Shown piece after piece: positions 48,335-62,659 of a DNA stretch of 64,000 nucleotides (the first letter of the stretch is position 1; every line of letters starts with the position of its first letter). A model generated the notes under the pieces. That model was given only the letters and a program-made list of their open reading frames with translations, did not search any database and was not told the origin of the DNA. The translations under genes and the position numbers were made by a program. Origin of the DNA: Callorhinchus milii. Lineage: Eukaryota. The DNA is taken from contig NW_024704743.1 in assembly GCF_018977255.1 (NCBI RefSeq), positions 86,306,001 to 86,370,000 of the forward strand, written 5' to 3'.

Positions 48335-48725
48335 GAATGTTGAAATCACTGGTTAAAGATCATGACTTTGAGCCACACATCATGACTTTGAGCTCACAGT
48401 CTAAGCTGACATTCCAACACAGTGCGGGGGAAGTTCTGCATCATCAGAGTTGCCGCCCGTGGACGGGATGTTAAACAAAAGTCTGATCTGCCTGTTCAAG
48501 TGCATATTAAAGATCACATGACACTATTTAAAAAGAGACGGGAGTTTCTCCCAGTGTCCAGGCCAACATTCCTCCAACTAAATTGGTTTTTCACTTAATG
48601 TCTGTGGGGAGATTGCTGTGTGCAAATTGGCTGTCCTCACTGCCTAGACAGCAATTCTTCAATTCTCTGTGAAGTGTTTTGAGACATTTCGACATTACAG
48701 CTCTATATCAAATGCAAGAATTACA
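48335..48725 (+). mobile_element. Old full Deu-domain SINE (SacSINE1-like)
   Basis: GATGTTAAAC...TTAAAGATCACATGACACTATT...GCTGTGTGCAAATTGGCTG...CTATATCAAATGCAAG. Confidence 0.8.
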
Positions 48726-48862
48726 ATTCAGCACTCAGTCGGGTGGATGTGTTGTGGTTTAGTTTGGTTTAATTTATACTCTGTATTTTAATTCTTAGAG
48801 TCTAATTCATATGTACGTTATTTTGAAGAAAGAAGAATTGGCAACATTTTAAGCCTAACCAT

Positions 48863-49090
48863 GGGGTAGAAATCCCACCTGGGTCTAGATTTACTTTTGT
48901 TTATGTAACATTTCAGAATGTTCAGAATTTGTGTAAATTCTTAAATACAACTTGAATTTTGAAGCTGGTTTTCTGTAAGTTCTTTTAAAAACTACAGAAA
49001 AACAATCTCAATGTTAAGATTGAATCGACAATTCAAAAATTTCTGGCACTGGTAAAATGTTACAATTGTCTAGATCCAGATGTCAATCTG
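48863..49090. mobile_element. Palindromic MITE-like element, family B
   Basis: GGGGTAGAAATCCCACCTGGGTCTAGATTTACTTT left end; internal similarity to 24684-24920. Confidence 0.7.
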
Positions 49091-50610
49091 GGTCAGTTGG
49101 TGATACTCTGCGTCAAAAGATTGCAGTACTCCAAGGTATCACGGATGGCAGATCAGAAACGTTAGTGGCTGGGATGGCCTGGCTGAACCAACAGGGACAG
49201 TTCAAAGCTTGCAAGGCAGTGATTGAAATGTTAACTGGTTAAACTCTAGCAGTATTCTAGTGAATACTCTGCTGTCCCCAAGTCTTTGTTCATGCCAACC
49301 TGCATCTGATACCTTCCAGGAATTAGATGCATTTCCTCCAAGAACTCCATTCCAGAGAAGTGGACATTTTCATACAGGTATAGAACCGTCAGTACTTTGG
49401 TTTGGGTACGGTAATAGGTTTCTACAACTGACAGACACGCAGCAGATACAACAGTACAACTCTATGGAGGTTTTCAGAGAATCATTATTGCTGGTGTAAT
49501 GTGGAAAGAAGGAGGGATCATGAAAGCTGGGAGCACCTTCCAGTCCTGAGGAGGTTAATTTAATACAGCGATAGATTTGACAGAAAACAGACTTGCTCAG
49601 AATTTATTACCTGTTAAAAGTGCTAAAGCCTTGTGGAACATCATCAATAAGTCATTCAACCTCTATAGGCACCAATAATAATAAATGTTTTCAAGATTAA
49701 AATAAAATTTGATGAAGTGATGAGACATTTTGTTACATGAAGTGAATTAAAACATATGCATTTCAATCAAATATTTTAATGAATGTTTTTGAAGCAAGTA
49801 TTAATGAAAGTTTAAATAAATAAGATTGGATATGAATGAAATTCTCCAGAGGGAGAGGCTTTCAAATGATTAAACTTAAAAGATGTTGCCGTTTATCTAA
49901 GATGCTTTTGAATGCACTATTTTACGACAAAGGGTTGTTGCCAAGCTGAAAGTAATTTGTTTCTTCTGAGAATGTCAACTTGAGTGTTAACAGTACATCA
50001 ATCATTTGGACCATACACAGTTGCTGTCATAATGTACAACTCAAGCATGCTTCGGATTAGAAATATTGATTCAAACAATACAGTCTGCAAAAAATCTCCC
50101 TGTAAACCAAAATAGCTTTTGGGGGATTTGATGGTTTGCAAATTGGGCTGAATTCATCTTAAGCTATTCGCCACAGTTAAATTTGATAATAATTATTTTG
50201 TCAAATAACACTTCTCAACAAAATGGACCGTGAGCCAGGTAGACATAGACGCACAGTCTCACTATAATCTCAGGGGTGGTGAAAACCAAGAACAGCAATA
50301 GCAACAAAACAACTGTAAAGGGGTGCAGGCACCTGGGCTTACAAGCTCTAACCAGTAACCAACCTCGGGCCAGCCATGCAGCCTAGGTTTCATGCACTCT
50401 GGTTCTGTGACAAGGTTTCCCTCCTCCACGAACCTGAGGTCTTAGTCCCCACTACAGTACCTTATAAAATAAACTGTGTTGCAAGATTTTTTATGATGCA
50501 TTCTGTAGCCATTGAATGGTACTGTAAGACTAATACAATACTATATCTAGTCTGTGATGATGAGAGCAGCTAGTGGTGCTGAGCAGATGTTAGTGTTATT
50601 TGTAAATAGA

Positions 50611-50770
50611 GGATGATATTATTAATATTATAATTAAATACCGGGTGATATTATTATTTATATAAATATTTGGTGAGATTATTATTATATATAAATACTG
50701 GGTGATATAAATTGTATATATAAAATACTGGGTGATATTAATGTTATATATAAATACTTGGTGAGATTAT
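50611..50770. repeat. AT-rich minisatellite, unit about 30 bp, about 5 copies
   Basis: Repeated GGTGA(T/G)ATTATTATTATATAAATAC(T) units. Confidence 0.85.
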
Positions 50771-51184
50771 CTCTGACACAGAGCAATTTGCTGCAGTGTT
50801 ATGAGTTTCTCTATAAGGTCAAATGTGCATAGTATTAGTGAGTAATGTTGATAAACTAATTTGAATGAATTCAAGTTTCTCCAAACTAATTTCAAGCAGG
50901 ATCCTTATTGCCAACAGAGGAAGAGAGAGAGGATGCTTATCCCTTATCCTGATTTGGACTTGTGTCACATTTGCAGAGATAAAAGGATAGTGCGTAAAGC
51001 CCACTGTGCCATCAATTAGCCCATTGTACAAATGTTTAAGAGGCTGGACTGTGATAGACATCTAGGCAGCCTTGCTGAAATTATGTTATTAACAACCCCA
51101 AATGATTTAGCATCATTCAACAACAAAAACTTTAAGATTGTATCATTTTAAATATGACTTAATTCATATGACTTGCAAATGACC

Positions 51185-51610
51185 TGAGGTACTGTGGCAT
51201 CATACAACTCATTCTGTGTATAAAACAGAAATCTTTCAATAAATCATCAGCTGAGTCCGCACATCCACTGAAGAGAATAATGAAGAACTGGAAGCAATAT
51301 ACAAGGCTGCAAATGATTTGAGGGGTTCAACTGATGTCATAAACCGAGAGAGCAAAGAAAGAGCAGTTAATAACTATTCTTTAAGCCCCATGATTAGGTT
51401 ACAGCATTACAGCACTCGTTGGAATCCGCTCAATTTTACACATACAAAGCTTGTGAATTATTTTCACACGAAGGGAGTGAGGTTGGTATTCCTTTCTCTT
51501 TAACATGGAATGGGGGTAGTTCTGATCTGGTTTTAGTCTTGTATTTGTGTCCGACAGCTGCCAACTGTCCCATCCCCTTGCGGAGATGTCAGTGCACGTT
51601 GGAAACTTGG
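51185..51610 (+). mobile_element. Possible decayed hAT transposase remnant
   Basis: STRWNP (about 51410-51430) and DVSARWK (about 51585-51605) resemble the hAT TRWNS motif; a C..H.LNL-like stretch near 51190 needs frameshifts. Confidence 0.25.
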
Positions 51611-52493
51611 TAAACGATTACGTTTTCAAAATAATACTAATGCCTCATGATGGAGCCAAAAGAACATTAATAATAGATTTACAAAGATATTCTGCGTGGT
51701 AATTTAGCAGGATTTAGTATTGTTGATATATATTATGAAAGGAGAATCTGACTGTCAGACTGTTAGTGAAAAGTCTGATAGCGGTAATCTAGAGATCTTG
51801 CTTTCTTTTCAGTGAGGACATGGTGGTGAACACTGTTGTTCAACATTTGGGCAGTTTTCAGTCTCAAAGTACTTGAAAGTGAAAATAAAGAATGAAACAT
51901 CAGAAAGTAATGTTTTCCTGACTCAAACCACTCCCCACTATGATAATGATTGCCCCATGTGTTGCTCCTTTAATACAGTTTACAAAGCTCCTGCTGGTTT
52001 TCAGTCAGCACAATTTTCTATGGCATTTGCAACTCGATGAAGGCTACAACTGAGTAAGGGCATAGAGACCATTTTGGTCAGTTGTCAAATGGGGGAATTG
52101 AATATGATGGCAGTGACTGAGAGACCATCACAGTCTCTCAGGATTGAATGTGACAGCAGTAACTGAGAGAGAATCATAGTTAGATGGAGGAATTAAGATT
52201 TACCAATAGAGATATTGTTGCTGTTCTCTAGCCTGTTCCCTTTCTAGTATTACTGTCCACTGTCATTACAAAGCTCTACTATGATGTTCTCTTGAGGAAA
52301 TCTATTGATTACAGCTTCTAACCCTAACTCTATCCATAGCTGTTCAAAATATAGAAGTATTTTGATTTTGAGTATAACGATTTGGGAATTTAATCTGCTT
52401 TGGGCCAGGGATTCAATGGAACCTTTCTATGTGTGTCTTTTATTTCCAATTGGAAATTTCTCCTTGCTTCATCCCCTCGTGAAGCCATTATAT

Positions 52494-52869
52494 GGAGTCA
52501 TGTAGCTCAGTGGTTAGTGCATTCGCCTTGCAAGCGAGAGACCTGGGTTCTATTCCCGGCAGAACGAAATGTTGGGCAAGTTTCCTTACTCCACATGCTT
52601 CAGTTTACCTAGCAGTAAGTAGGAATCCAGTTGTTAGTCGATTGGCAGATTGCTCTTTTGGGGATAATAATCCTTCAAAAACAAACAATAATAATTTGGC
52701 CACTCAATCCATGACTGTTTGTGGGGCACTGCTGTGTGCAATTGGCTATCACGTTTTGCCCACAAATATACAGTCAACTCACTTTACAGTATATTCTGTG
52801 AAGCGCTTTGAGATGCCTAAAAGACGTGAAAAGTGCAATATCAAATGCAAGGATTATTTTTATTATTAT
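52494..52869 (+). mobile_element. tRNA-Ala SINE, intermediate subfamily, full length
   Basis: Head, TTCAGTTTACCTAGCAGTAAGTAGGAATCCAGTTGTTAGTCGATTGGCAG domain, Deu part and tail. Confidence 0.92.
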
Positions 52870-54391
52870 GACTCCTTGTTACTTCAACTGAGTTGCTGTG
52901 GTTTCATAGTTGCAGGTATTGCAACAGTGGCAGTGAGTATTACAGCTATTGGCAGTGAGCATTGACATGTCACTCAATTGCAGAATGCAACGCAGTCAAG
53001 CCCAATCCTATCTCCAGCAGAGGCCTCGCATTCTATGGTGTCTGGATGAAAAGCCCACAGTATGTGTCCCCTGATTTATTTAACACTCAGACAGTTCTTG
53101 GTAGGATTTCCATGGCTTGTTGCAACTCAGCAGACAAAAACGAGCATGAATATAGACCAATCACTGCACACTAATCAAAATGTTGGAGCAAACACTTTTC
53201 AACAGGTCAGCAACTACTAACATGGGCAGGTCCAGGAGTGACGTATTCAGAAAAGGCAATCGTACCTGGTCATGGTCAATATTGTCAGGTACCCACATAG
53301 TAATGCTAGCATTTGGTATAGCACCTTTCATGTCATGAGGACATCCAAAAGTACTTTAAAGGATGCACTGTAAAGTGTCCAGTGGCTATGTGTTTTGTGG
53401 GCAAACACGGCAGCCAATTTTGTGCACAGCAATGTCCAACAAACAGCCATGAAGTAAATGATGAATTTGACATGCCCAATGACTTGCTTTTAATGGCACA
53501 ATCTATAAAGCATTTGCTGTAAATTCTGGAAACACTATAAGATCTTGTCGTGAATAACCTCATCATTGGCAGGTAGGTTTACAGTGTACAGTTTACAGGC
53601 CATGGGTGTTTAACAGGTGGGCAACTCTTACACTAATAGATGGTTATACTGTATTGCAGAAATATGTTTGTATCATGCATGCTGTTGCAATGTTGCACGG
53701 CAAACGTATTGTCAATTGTCCAACAGACTGTAAAGCAACATCTGAATAATGAAATATCAGAGCTGGGGCGAAAATAGTTCATGCTTTTCCTCCAGCTAAT
53801 GGGCTAAAAAAAAATGAAAAAGTTGAAGTTAAAAAGCTGTTCGAGCAGCCAGAAAAAAAAACCCTAAATGTTTGTACTTTATAAAAATGGTAGAGACACT
53901 GGATGGAACAAGCTGAGCTGATGCGAGAAATCATTTTCCAAATGTGTTTCTTACCACAGAGTAAGATGTGCAGCATTTCATAATGGGTTTATTGCACTGT
54001 GAAATGCTGTGGATTCCACCACTCGGTATCTAAATTGTTAAAACATTTCAAGGGTTAAGCCACTTCCTCAAAAAATCCTCTCATATACTCTCAGTGTACT
54101 TTATTCAGCACAATGACTAAAGTTTTACAACTCAGGATGGAGTCTGACTCCCACCTTGTTAATGGTTGAAGGCCATCAATGCTTGTTGATAAAAAGGCTC
54201 ACGGAGGATTTAGAAACTAAAGAGCATGATAGTTAAAATTTAAGGAGGGAGTATTGCTTTATACCAGTGTATACACAGAGGATAGCTCTCTCTGTAACAA
54301 ACTGCTTCTAATCACAAAAGTCCATCTGTGGCATCTGTCTGACATGTTCATTCAAACTCTGCTCTATCCCAAAGTGCCTCCACATGACTGG

Positions 54392-54925
54392 GTGTGGTGA
54401 ATTTTCACGTGGTTTTAGATTTGTTAACGTAGCATTTCAGAGTGCCTAGAACTTGCCAAATTATCGATTTAGTCTTAACTTTGAAGTCGTTTTTCTATTG
54501 TTCTTAAAAGAACTTACAGAAAATAGTTTAAAAATAAATCATCCTTGCATTTGATGTCGCTCCTTTTACATTGGGAGGATAACTCAAAACTCATTACAGG
54601 ATTTAAGTGTATTTTCTAGGGCAATGTGGCAGTCAATTTCTGCATAGCAATGTCCCACAAATAGCTGTGAAGTGAATAACCAATTTTATCTGGGTGATTG
54701 TTGGCTTGAACTCCAGGACAAATTCCTTTCTCTTTTCAAGAAGTACCATGGGATTTTATTATCCACCTGAACAGGCAGACTTCAGTTTAATGTATCATCT
54801 GAAAATTATTTAAGAATTTGTATTTAAGAATTTGTATTTAAGTATATAAGAATTTGCGAAATTTGGGGAATTCTGAAATGCTATGTCAATAGAGTGAATC
54901 TAGAGTCAGGGAGAAGTTTACCCCT
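54392..54925. mobile_element. MITE family B split by an old minus-strand SINE (about 54535-54805)
   Basis: Left half ...TTAGATTTGTTAACGTAGCATTTCAGAG; right half ...TCTGAAATGCTATGTCAATAGAGTGAATCTAGAG..TTTACCCC. Confidence 0.65.
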
Positions 54926-55167
54926 GGAATGGTAAAAATCTCAAGTCTCAATAGCATTACCACTTAGTGCTATTGTGACTTGAATACAACAAATCACTAA
55001 AATGTTTGGCTGTCCTGTGCAATCTTGTTTAACCTGAGAGAGAGTCAGTCCGAGGAAATTCACTTCACTTTCGGAACGCTACTTATTTTTACTTGCTCCA
55101 GGTGGCACTGTACACCAGAGAATAATGTATACTCTCTCCCAGGGATTGCAAAAAAAACTTTGTCATT

Positions 55168-55481
55168 ATAATAATAATAATCCTTGCATTTGATATAGCG
55201 CTTTTCACGTCTTCTCGATGTCTCAAAGCGCTTCACAGAATAGACTGTAAAGTGAATTGACTGTATATTTGTGGGCGAAATGCAGCAGCCAATTGCGCAC
55301 AGCAGTGTCCCACAAACAGTTGTGGATTGAAAATGACCAATTTATTATTGTTTTGTTTTGGAGGGATTATTATTAGGCGTGTGGAGTAAGGAAACTTGCC
55401 CAAGGTTTCGCCCTACCTGGAATTGAACCCAGGTGTCTCGCTTGGAAGGCGAGTGCTCTAACCACTGAGCTACAGGACTCC
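55168..55481 (-). mobile_element. tRNA SINE, young subfamily, full length
   Basis: Reverse complement of the young consensus. Confidence 0.95.
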
Positions 55482-56344
55482 ACAACCTAAAAGCATCACT
55501 CTGGTAATCTAGCAAGAAAGGAGAAGATAGATTTTTTTCCACTCAGAAGATTATCAAGATGTAGAATTATTTGCCTAGCAAGGAGCTATTGTTGATAGCA
55601 GAGTTGATTTGGTGGTATTTAAGAAGGAATAAGATAAGCATATGCAGAGGGAGGGTAATAGAGGTTATGGAGAAACAGTTGTGAATTGGCATTGGGATAA
55701 TTGGCTTCATGGTGGAGCAAATACTGGCACTAATACAGTGGGAATTAGGGACCTTTGACCTTAGTCACTCAGCCGCCCCCTCCCCTCCACCCACTGCTTA
55801 GCCTGCTTAATGTCCATTCCACCACACCATTCATGCACGTGCCTTCAGTCACTTTTCCCCATTCCTCTGAATCTCTCTCCCCAAATCCCTCCGCCTCACC
55901 CCTACCCTCTTTGCTTTCAAACCCTGCCTGAAGACTCTTCAAGTGAGTTTTCCCTCCCTCACCCCCTTCCCTCATTCCCACCTGAACCCTCTAGTTCCCT
56001 CCCAGTGAGGGGTCCTATCAGCGGTCATGTTGCACTTTGAGACTTTCTTCCCAAGTGTGTCATTGTTGCTGTTGCATCAAATAACCTACTATGGTGTTGT
56101 AGGTTTCTATGGTTATGTTTTACACTTTACACAGAATTTGAGGACTTAAGAAACCAGTACTGCAACATATGCCCTGGTGCAATTTCATTTTGCCACTGCC
56201 TGCTATAAAAGTTACACATAGGACAATTTGACATGTGTACTATGAAAACATTTGTCCTAACCTTGTGTTGAATGATACAGAAGTCATTGTAACAAATTAA
56301 CATAGCTTTTCTTTAAAGAAGGGCTCAGAATGGAATTGTTACAT

Positions 56345-56700
56345 TACCTCCAAAACAAAAAAAATTAAGTGTACTTGGAAGGATGTTCCAAAGTGTTGGA
56401 TAGCCCAGATTTTGCACCCGAGCTAATGGTGGGGCTGAAGGGGGTGGGGGTGGTGGTGGCGAGATGACTAAAGGTGCAATCAAAGATGAAGGAGACGATA
56501 GTGGGTGAGTCACAGAAATTCTGGGATGAAGTTCCAGAGAATGGGTCGGATACGTTGAAAGCTTGATCACTGATGGCGAGACTTGAAGCAGACCATTGAG
56601 TGGAGGGAGGGCTGGGTTTGTACGGTTTGAAAAGGTGATAAAGGTAGGGTGGGGCAAGACCATGGACACCCAAAATAGGGATTGAAGAGAAGATTGAAAG
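56345..56700 (-). mobile_element. L2 3' fragment, diverged
   Basis: VHGLAPPYL...DQAF motifs and L2-type terminal sequence. Confidence 0.65.
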
Positions 56701-57139
56701 AATGCTCTCGAAGAAAATTGTGATATCTCTGAAGTGAGCCTGCCATTGGGAAAGTGCCTCACAATTTAGTAGCATTCCATGTTTGCCATGATGGCTGGCC
56801 AGACCTTGGCTCCAAACAAAACTTTTCTTGGAGTTGAGGTTTCACGAATTTGCGTGACAAACAGGGGTTCACAGAAAACATTGTTTACAACAACAACAAC
56901 TACCATTATAGTGCCTTTCATGCAGGATAAAGTCTTGGAGGGCTGTACAGTGGTGGGGTTGGGCACCAAGCAAGGGAGAAGGAGGATGGGAGGTGGGAAT
57001 AGCCGTTGTCAAAGAGGCAAGTCTTAAGGTGTGTTTATAACATCTTCACCAACACCTTTTCAACTCCATTGGTGCTGTGGGAGATTTGTCTGTTTTAGAA
57101 ATGTTTTAATGCAATAACATGATTTTGTTGGGTATTTTT

Positions 57140-57402
57140 CACCATTGGTGGGCTACTCTGCCACTCTGCTCCCACCCTCTGGAACTCCATTCCACAGTCC
57201 CTCCACCTCCACCTCGCCCCTTCCCTTCCCCTCTCTTTCAAGATCCATCTCGAAACCCTTTTTGACAGTGCCTCTGGTCACCCTCCTTCACCCTCCCTGA
57301 TCCCAACCCCCAGCTCGGGTCCGAAACACTGATTGGCCAGTGCTTTGGGATGTCCTCCCGACGTGGAAGGCGCTATACAAATGTAATTTTGTTGTTGTTG
57401 TA
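57140..57402 (+). mobile_element. L2 3' end
   Basis: CTCTGGAACTCCAT...CCCCAGCTCGGGTC...GCGCTATACAAATGTAATTTTGTTGTTG. Confidence 0.85.
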
Positions 57403-57529
57403 GTCTTTAAATATGTTGTTTTAATAGGTTATATAATAAAGTACAGAAAGACACCTATAATTCCCTCTTTACAAAGGCTTTTACATATGGTTAGCACAAG
57501 CCGTACATTTGACCCATATTGTCAGAATT

Positions 57530-57910
57530 AGCTGTCAACTTGGCTCAGTTAGTAGTACTCTCGTCTCTGAGACACAAGATTGTGGGTTCAAGTCACATAT
57601 TGTTATCTTTAGTCTGGGCTGATACACTTGGGCAATAATGGGGGAACATTGTATTGTGGGGGGTGTCATCCTTTTGCTGAATCTTGTCTACCTATTCAGG
57701 TGGAAATAAAGCACCCTTGGCACTGCCGGGAAAGGAAAGGGAGTTTTTCAAGAGCAATATTGTCCACATTAATTGGTCATTTACCTCATTCACGTTTTTG
57801 GGACATTGCTGTGTACAAATTAACTGTCATATTTGCCAAGAAATACACATACAGCAATACACTGTTGTGTATTGACATTAGAGGTGCTATATCAAATGCT
57901 AGGATTATTG
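57530..57910 (+). mobile_element. Old Deu-domain SINE
   Basis: TGGCTCAGTTAGTAGTACTCTCG..TGAG...GGGTTCAAGTC head, Deu motifs, tail. Confidence 0.75.
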
Positions 57911-58435
57911 TAGGTAGCATAACAACAAGATAGACTGCAATTAACTAACAAGGATAGATGTCTCAAATTACTGAACTTGCTGGTTGTTGGAAGTGCGGAA
58001 AGATTTGAAGGAACAATCCCAGACAAGTTACAAATTCCCCACAGTATAATGCACAATCCAGTGAAGATTAGCATTTGTTTGTAATTAAATCCTTTGCAGA
58101 ACTATCAGATTTTTCCTCTCCCTTCTCTTTCCTTTGCAGTGTCTCACTACCATGGGTCCTCTTCAAGAGAACAAACAACTTAAACAATGGTTGATACATT
58201 AACACTTGAGAAACATTGATACTTTGCCTTCAATCTGCAGCTGTTATGGATTTTGAAGAGAATAGATGTTGTTCTTTGCTCGTTGGTAAATTTACTAACA
58301 TTTGGCATTGTGTATTTGTAATTGGATAACTTGTATATTTTGTTAGCATCCTTTAAATTTTTAAGTCGAAAGGAAGGGATTGATGGAAATCAGAGCGTTG
58401 TGTTAAAAATATGTCAAGAAACATTATGGGACAAG

Positions 58436-58945
58436 TACAACAACAACAACTTGCACTTACATAGCGCCCTCCACTCAGGGTAGCGTATCAGAGCGCTCAA
58501 TAGTGGCAGAGCCTGACTCGGAGCATGGTCGAAGAGGAAAGTTTTCAGGCAGGAAAGAGGAGGCAAGGCGGAGGGATTGAGGGAGATTGTTCCAGAGTTT
58601 CGGGGTGTAGTGGCAATTCTCTTCAGTTGCGACAAGCGCTGTCTCTGTGCTGTGGGCAGGAAAAAAACCCGACTGCAGGGGCTTGAGGAGGAAGTGAAGG
58701 GAGAGGCGCGACCAAAGTTGACCTGCAATAAGGAAGCGTAGGTTGGAAATGGGATGGTAGTGAGAGATTAGAGGGATCAAGGGTGTTTTTTTTGAGGATG
58801 GGTGTGATAACAAAGTTTTTCAGGGGGAGTGGAACAGAGCCTGAGGAGAGACACTGGTTGACTGTGACAGCCAGCAGGGTGTAAGGAGAAGGGAGTGGCA
58901 GGAACTGTGGCGGAGGGAGAAGGCAGTGTGGATGGTCTGGGTAGT
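58436..58945 (-). mobile_element. Internally deleted L2
   Basis: [22 protein letters not shown] and PKLWNNLPQSLRL pieces joined across large deletions; (CAA)n tail. Confidence 0.85.
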
Positions 58946-60942
58946 CATTCTGTCTATTAAGTAGTCATTATGTCTATTAAGCTCTCTCTGTGAATAGATC
59001 ATGAACAATCCCTCAGGAGCCACCATGGTCCACCCAACATTCAATTATTTCTGTCACTTTTTTCTGTCACAAGTATGAAGTATTTGAAAGTGCAAAGGGC
59101 TAATGGAAGGTTTTGTCTTCTAGTGTCTGTGAGCCTGAACTCTACTGATTACGATCACAACGGCTTGATACTTTATGCCCTAGGGTGCAGAATGGACTTC
59201 TGTTTTTTAACAAAGCAAAGGTGGGGTTCAAAAACATAGTCAGCCACCTCTGTGTAGAAACTTGAGATCTTGCATTTAGATGTGCCAAGGCATTCCTGAT
59301 TACAATGCTTGGTTGAAGTTCAGGAACCATGGGGTCAAAAAATATGATGTTTCAAACAACAATTCAAAAATGATCAAATGTTTCATGAAGCAATGTTCTG
59401 GAAGGACTAGTCATGAGTGTGAAACCTCTCCCCAGACTTCAACACTATGGTTGGATTCAAAGCTTGTTTTGAATTGCTCTTTGGCAAGCTCCAATTCTCT
59501 TCACTATTTATTTAATCAATGTGACATGGGGAAAGTTAGTGTACCAATTCAAGGATTATTATTATTAAAAAACAGGATCAACATCCCAATCATCACTAAT
59601 ATTAAAAAAAGTTGACAGCTCTATTGACTGTGAGAAACATGAGGGAGCAACCATTCTCATAAAACAGGGAAAGAGGGAAGTGGGAGTTCAATCCCAATCC
59701 TATCATTAAAAGTAAGTTTAAAAGGACACATTTTAACCGTAATTTCAAACCTGTGCCATAAATAACGTTGATAATGATTAAAGGGCAGAATATGTTCAAG
59801 ACAAACACAATTTTCAAACATTTCTTTACTCAAAACATCTATTGGAATATGCAATGGGCTACCTCAGCAGGGGGTATCAGCTTAGCTCAGTTGGTCGCAT
59901 TCTAAGGTTCAAAAACATGAGCCCCGTGAAACAGCAATCCATCATTCTGGCTCCTGGTTTTCAGGCGCTGTCATTATTCAAAAGCCGAGGTGATTTAAAT
60001 TTGGGAGGGGGAACTTTTACATTTTAATGATGTTCTTAAATAAAGAAAGTGTGTATTGAGGAATACCACAATTTTGACCAGTTATCGAAGTTTAGGTGCA
60101 TTCTATCCAAATCTATTATATTTTTGAGAAGCTTGACATCTAAAATATAAACAAATGTTCGAAGCTAACTGACAGAATAAATACAGAGCTACAAACCTTG
60201 GTGGTATGTACAGTATATGGCTCACTAACTTTAAAGAACAGCAGTTTTGTGCATGAGCTAAATCCCTGATCAATTTACAACCAGCAGTGGAGGTCTCACC
60301 ATACGTCTATTTCATGTCATTGTGCCAATGGGGTATAATAGTAATGGCAGTCCTCATTGTTGCAAGGAGAGTTAAGGAATTAGTCTTTTACAAACATTAC
60401 TTCTGATTCTCTATTGTAAAAATGATAACATTGCCATCCCATTTACATAAAGTAATTACATTTTGATGAATTACTTATCCACAAAAATGTCAAGTTACTG
60501 TTGGAATTTTCCAACATGGTCAAATGTAAGAAGGCACCAAATCATATTGCAGGTTGAAATACTGACGAGTTAGCTTCCATCGGGCAGCAGTTGGGAGTTA
60601 CATTTGCTGAACACTCCAGAGTTAGACAGGGAACAATTACTCAGAGTTTCCATTCAATGTCACACCTAATACCTTTTAGCAATGTTGGCTATGAGTGTGA
60701 TTTTCCACTAGTCACACAGCCAAAGGTACTATGTGTAACACGGAACTGAATTGTTGCCGATAGATATCAAAAGATCTGCTATTGGAAGGTGCATGCATGT
60801 ATATAGATACAATAGAGATCTGTATGTACCCCATGGTTGAATAACCTGTTAACACTCAATAAAGCTCGCACATGAATAAATGCCACGTGGGCAAGGTACT
60901 GGATGGCAACCAGTATTCTTGGACCTGTTCCCTAGAAGGAAA

Positions 60943-61264
60943 TATAATAATAACAATAATCCTTGCATTTGATATAGCGCTTTTCACGTCTTCTAGACGT
61001 CCCAAAGCGCTTCACAGAATATACTGTAAAGTGAATTGACTGTATATTTGTGGGCGAACACGGCAGCCAATTGCGCACAGCAGTGTCCCACAAACAGTCA
61101 TGGATTGAAAATGACCAATTTATTATTGTTTTTTTTTTTGGAGGGATTATTATTAGGCTCTGTGTGGAGTAAGGAAACTTGCCTAAGGTTTCACCCTGCC
61201 TGGAATTGAACTCAGGTCTCTCGCTTGCAAAGCGAGTGCTCTAACCATTGAGCTACAGGACTCC
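60943..61264 (-). mobile_element. tRNA-Ala SINE, young subfamily, full length
   Basis: Reverse complement of the young consensus; appears to sit inside an older repeat. Confidence 0.95.
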
Positions 61265-62659
61265 ACAATAGGAGCCGAAAACCTTCGGGAGAGGCGGGGA
61301 GAAGTTGGAGGAGAAAAGACAGTGAAGAAAAACTTTTAAAACATGAAGAAATCTAAAAGGTAATTATTTTGATCCTTTATCAATACATCTATGATACTGG
61401 ATAATTTGTGCTCCTGAAACAGTGACTATTCGGACAATGTTGGAAAAGCCAGGAAATAGCTGAAGTTCCAGATTTATAGATAAAGCTTCAAATGTATTCA
61501 AAAGTTAATCAATGTTAGCCAACAGGCTGATATATAGACGGAGGTAACAAATTGTATGGTTTGGACTGATTTATTATGGTTGAAACACAATCACAGTTCG
61601 GGAAACAAGGCTAAGGTATCAAAGTTTGTTTGCCGTCAGTTATACCTAGTGAATGCTGAACAGAACAGTAAATTTTAATCAGTTTTATTTGGGTATGGTA
61701 CAAAATAATTACTGCAGTTCTCCTGAGTCTTCAAGTTGATTAGAAACAGAACAGTACACATGCTGGTCATACAGCTTCTATTACCTCTCACCAGTTCACT
61801 TTGTAACCATGTAGTTGTACAACTGCAGTATCATTATAAGGACAGAATGGGGGGTAATTCAAGGGAGAGGGTACTTAATGCCAATCATGTGTGTGAAAAA
61901 TGTTTATTCAGCAAAAACAAAATGCGGGCAAAGGTATAAAAAGAAATATGGAATTTCAACTGTAGTAATTACCTCAGCTTCCACAAACTCAGTGAAACCA
62001 AGTGACACTGACTAGTGAGTCCTGTGTGTTTAACCAGTTCTCACTATCTGCCCCAAAATATATCAGTTATTATTATTTAACGCTGTAATTAGTTCGAGTT
62101 CATAAGATCACCAGAGATTTCAGCTGATAAGGTCCATTGGCCCATTTGATCTCATACTTTCAGAATACCCACCTGACCATCCACCCATTAAGCTGTTTAT
62201 TTAAAATGAGTTCAGTTTTCTTGAATTCCCTTCCTCACTCCCTTCGCCTCGTTCCCTTTCTTGCTATTTTCAGGTCCCTGCTGAAGACCCTTCTCTTCGA
62301 CTGTTTGCCATCATAAACCTGTAATTTCTTGTTCTGTGGTGTCAGTGCATGTGAAAGTATTGATCTGGGTTTACTTTCTCAAAACACATTTGCAATTTAA
62401 AGATTGGAGAACCAACTGAGAGAGAAAAATATGGGAAGAGAATTGACTTCAAAGAGGAAGAGATTACATGGGGTGGGGGGGGGGGGGGAGAGAGAGAGAG
62501 AAAGAGAGAATAACAGAGAGAGGGTGAAAGGGATGGAAATTCAGGTCAAGGCCAGACCATAACTAAACAATAGGGTGGGAGTGACTTGCCCATTCCCGGA
62601 CCATGGCTTCCACTGGAGTAACCAACCACAGAGTGTAGCCTTTCAGTAGCTTTCAGAGG

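Noticed and set aside
49100..49660. Moderately GC-richer unique stretch with short ORFs
   Set aside because: Possibly a very old transposase relic, but no motif is clear enough to call.
50611..50770. Repeats of about 30 bp as a CRISPR-like array
   Set aside because: Tandem degenerate AT-rich units with no unique spacers, no cas genes, and a vertebrate context.
51559..51610. Possible 52-nt exon (AG...GT)
   Set aside because: Weak splice signals, and the peptide is no better explained as a host exon than as transposase debris.
58110..58200. Strong polypyrimidine tract plus CAG acceptor at 58139
   Set aside because: No convincing donor site or recognisable coding sequence follows; an exon cannot be supported without RNA data.
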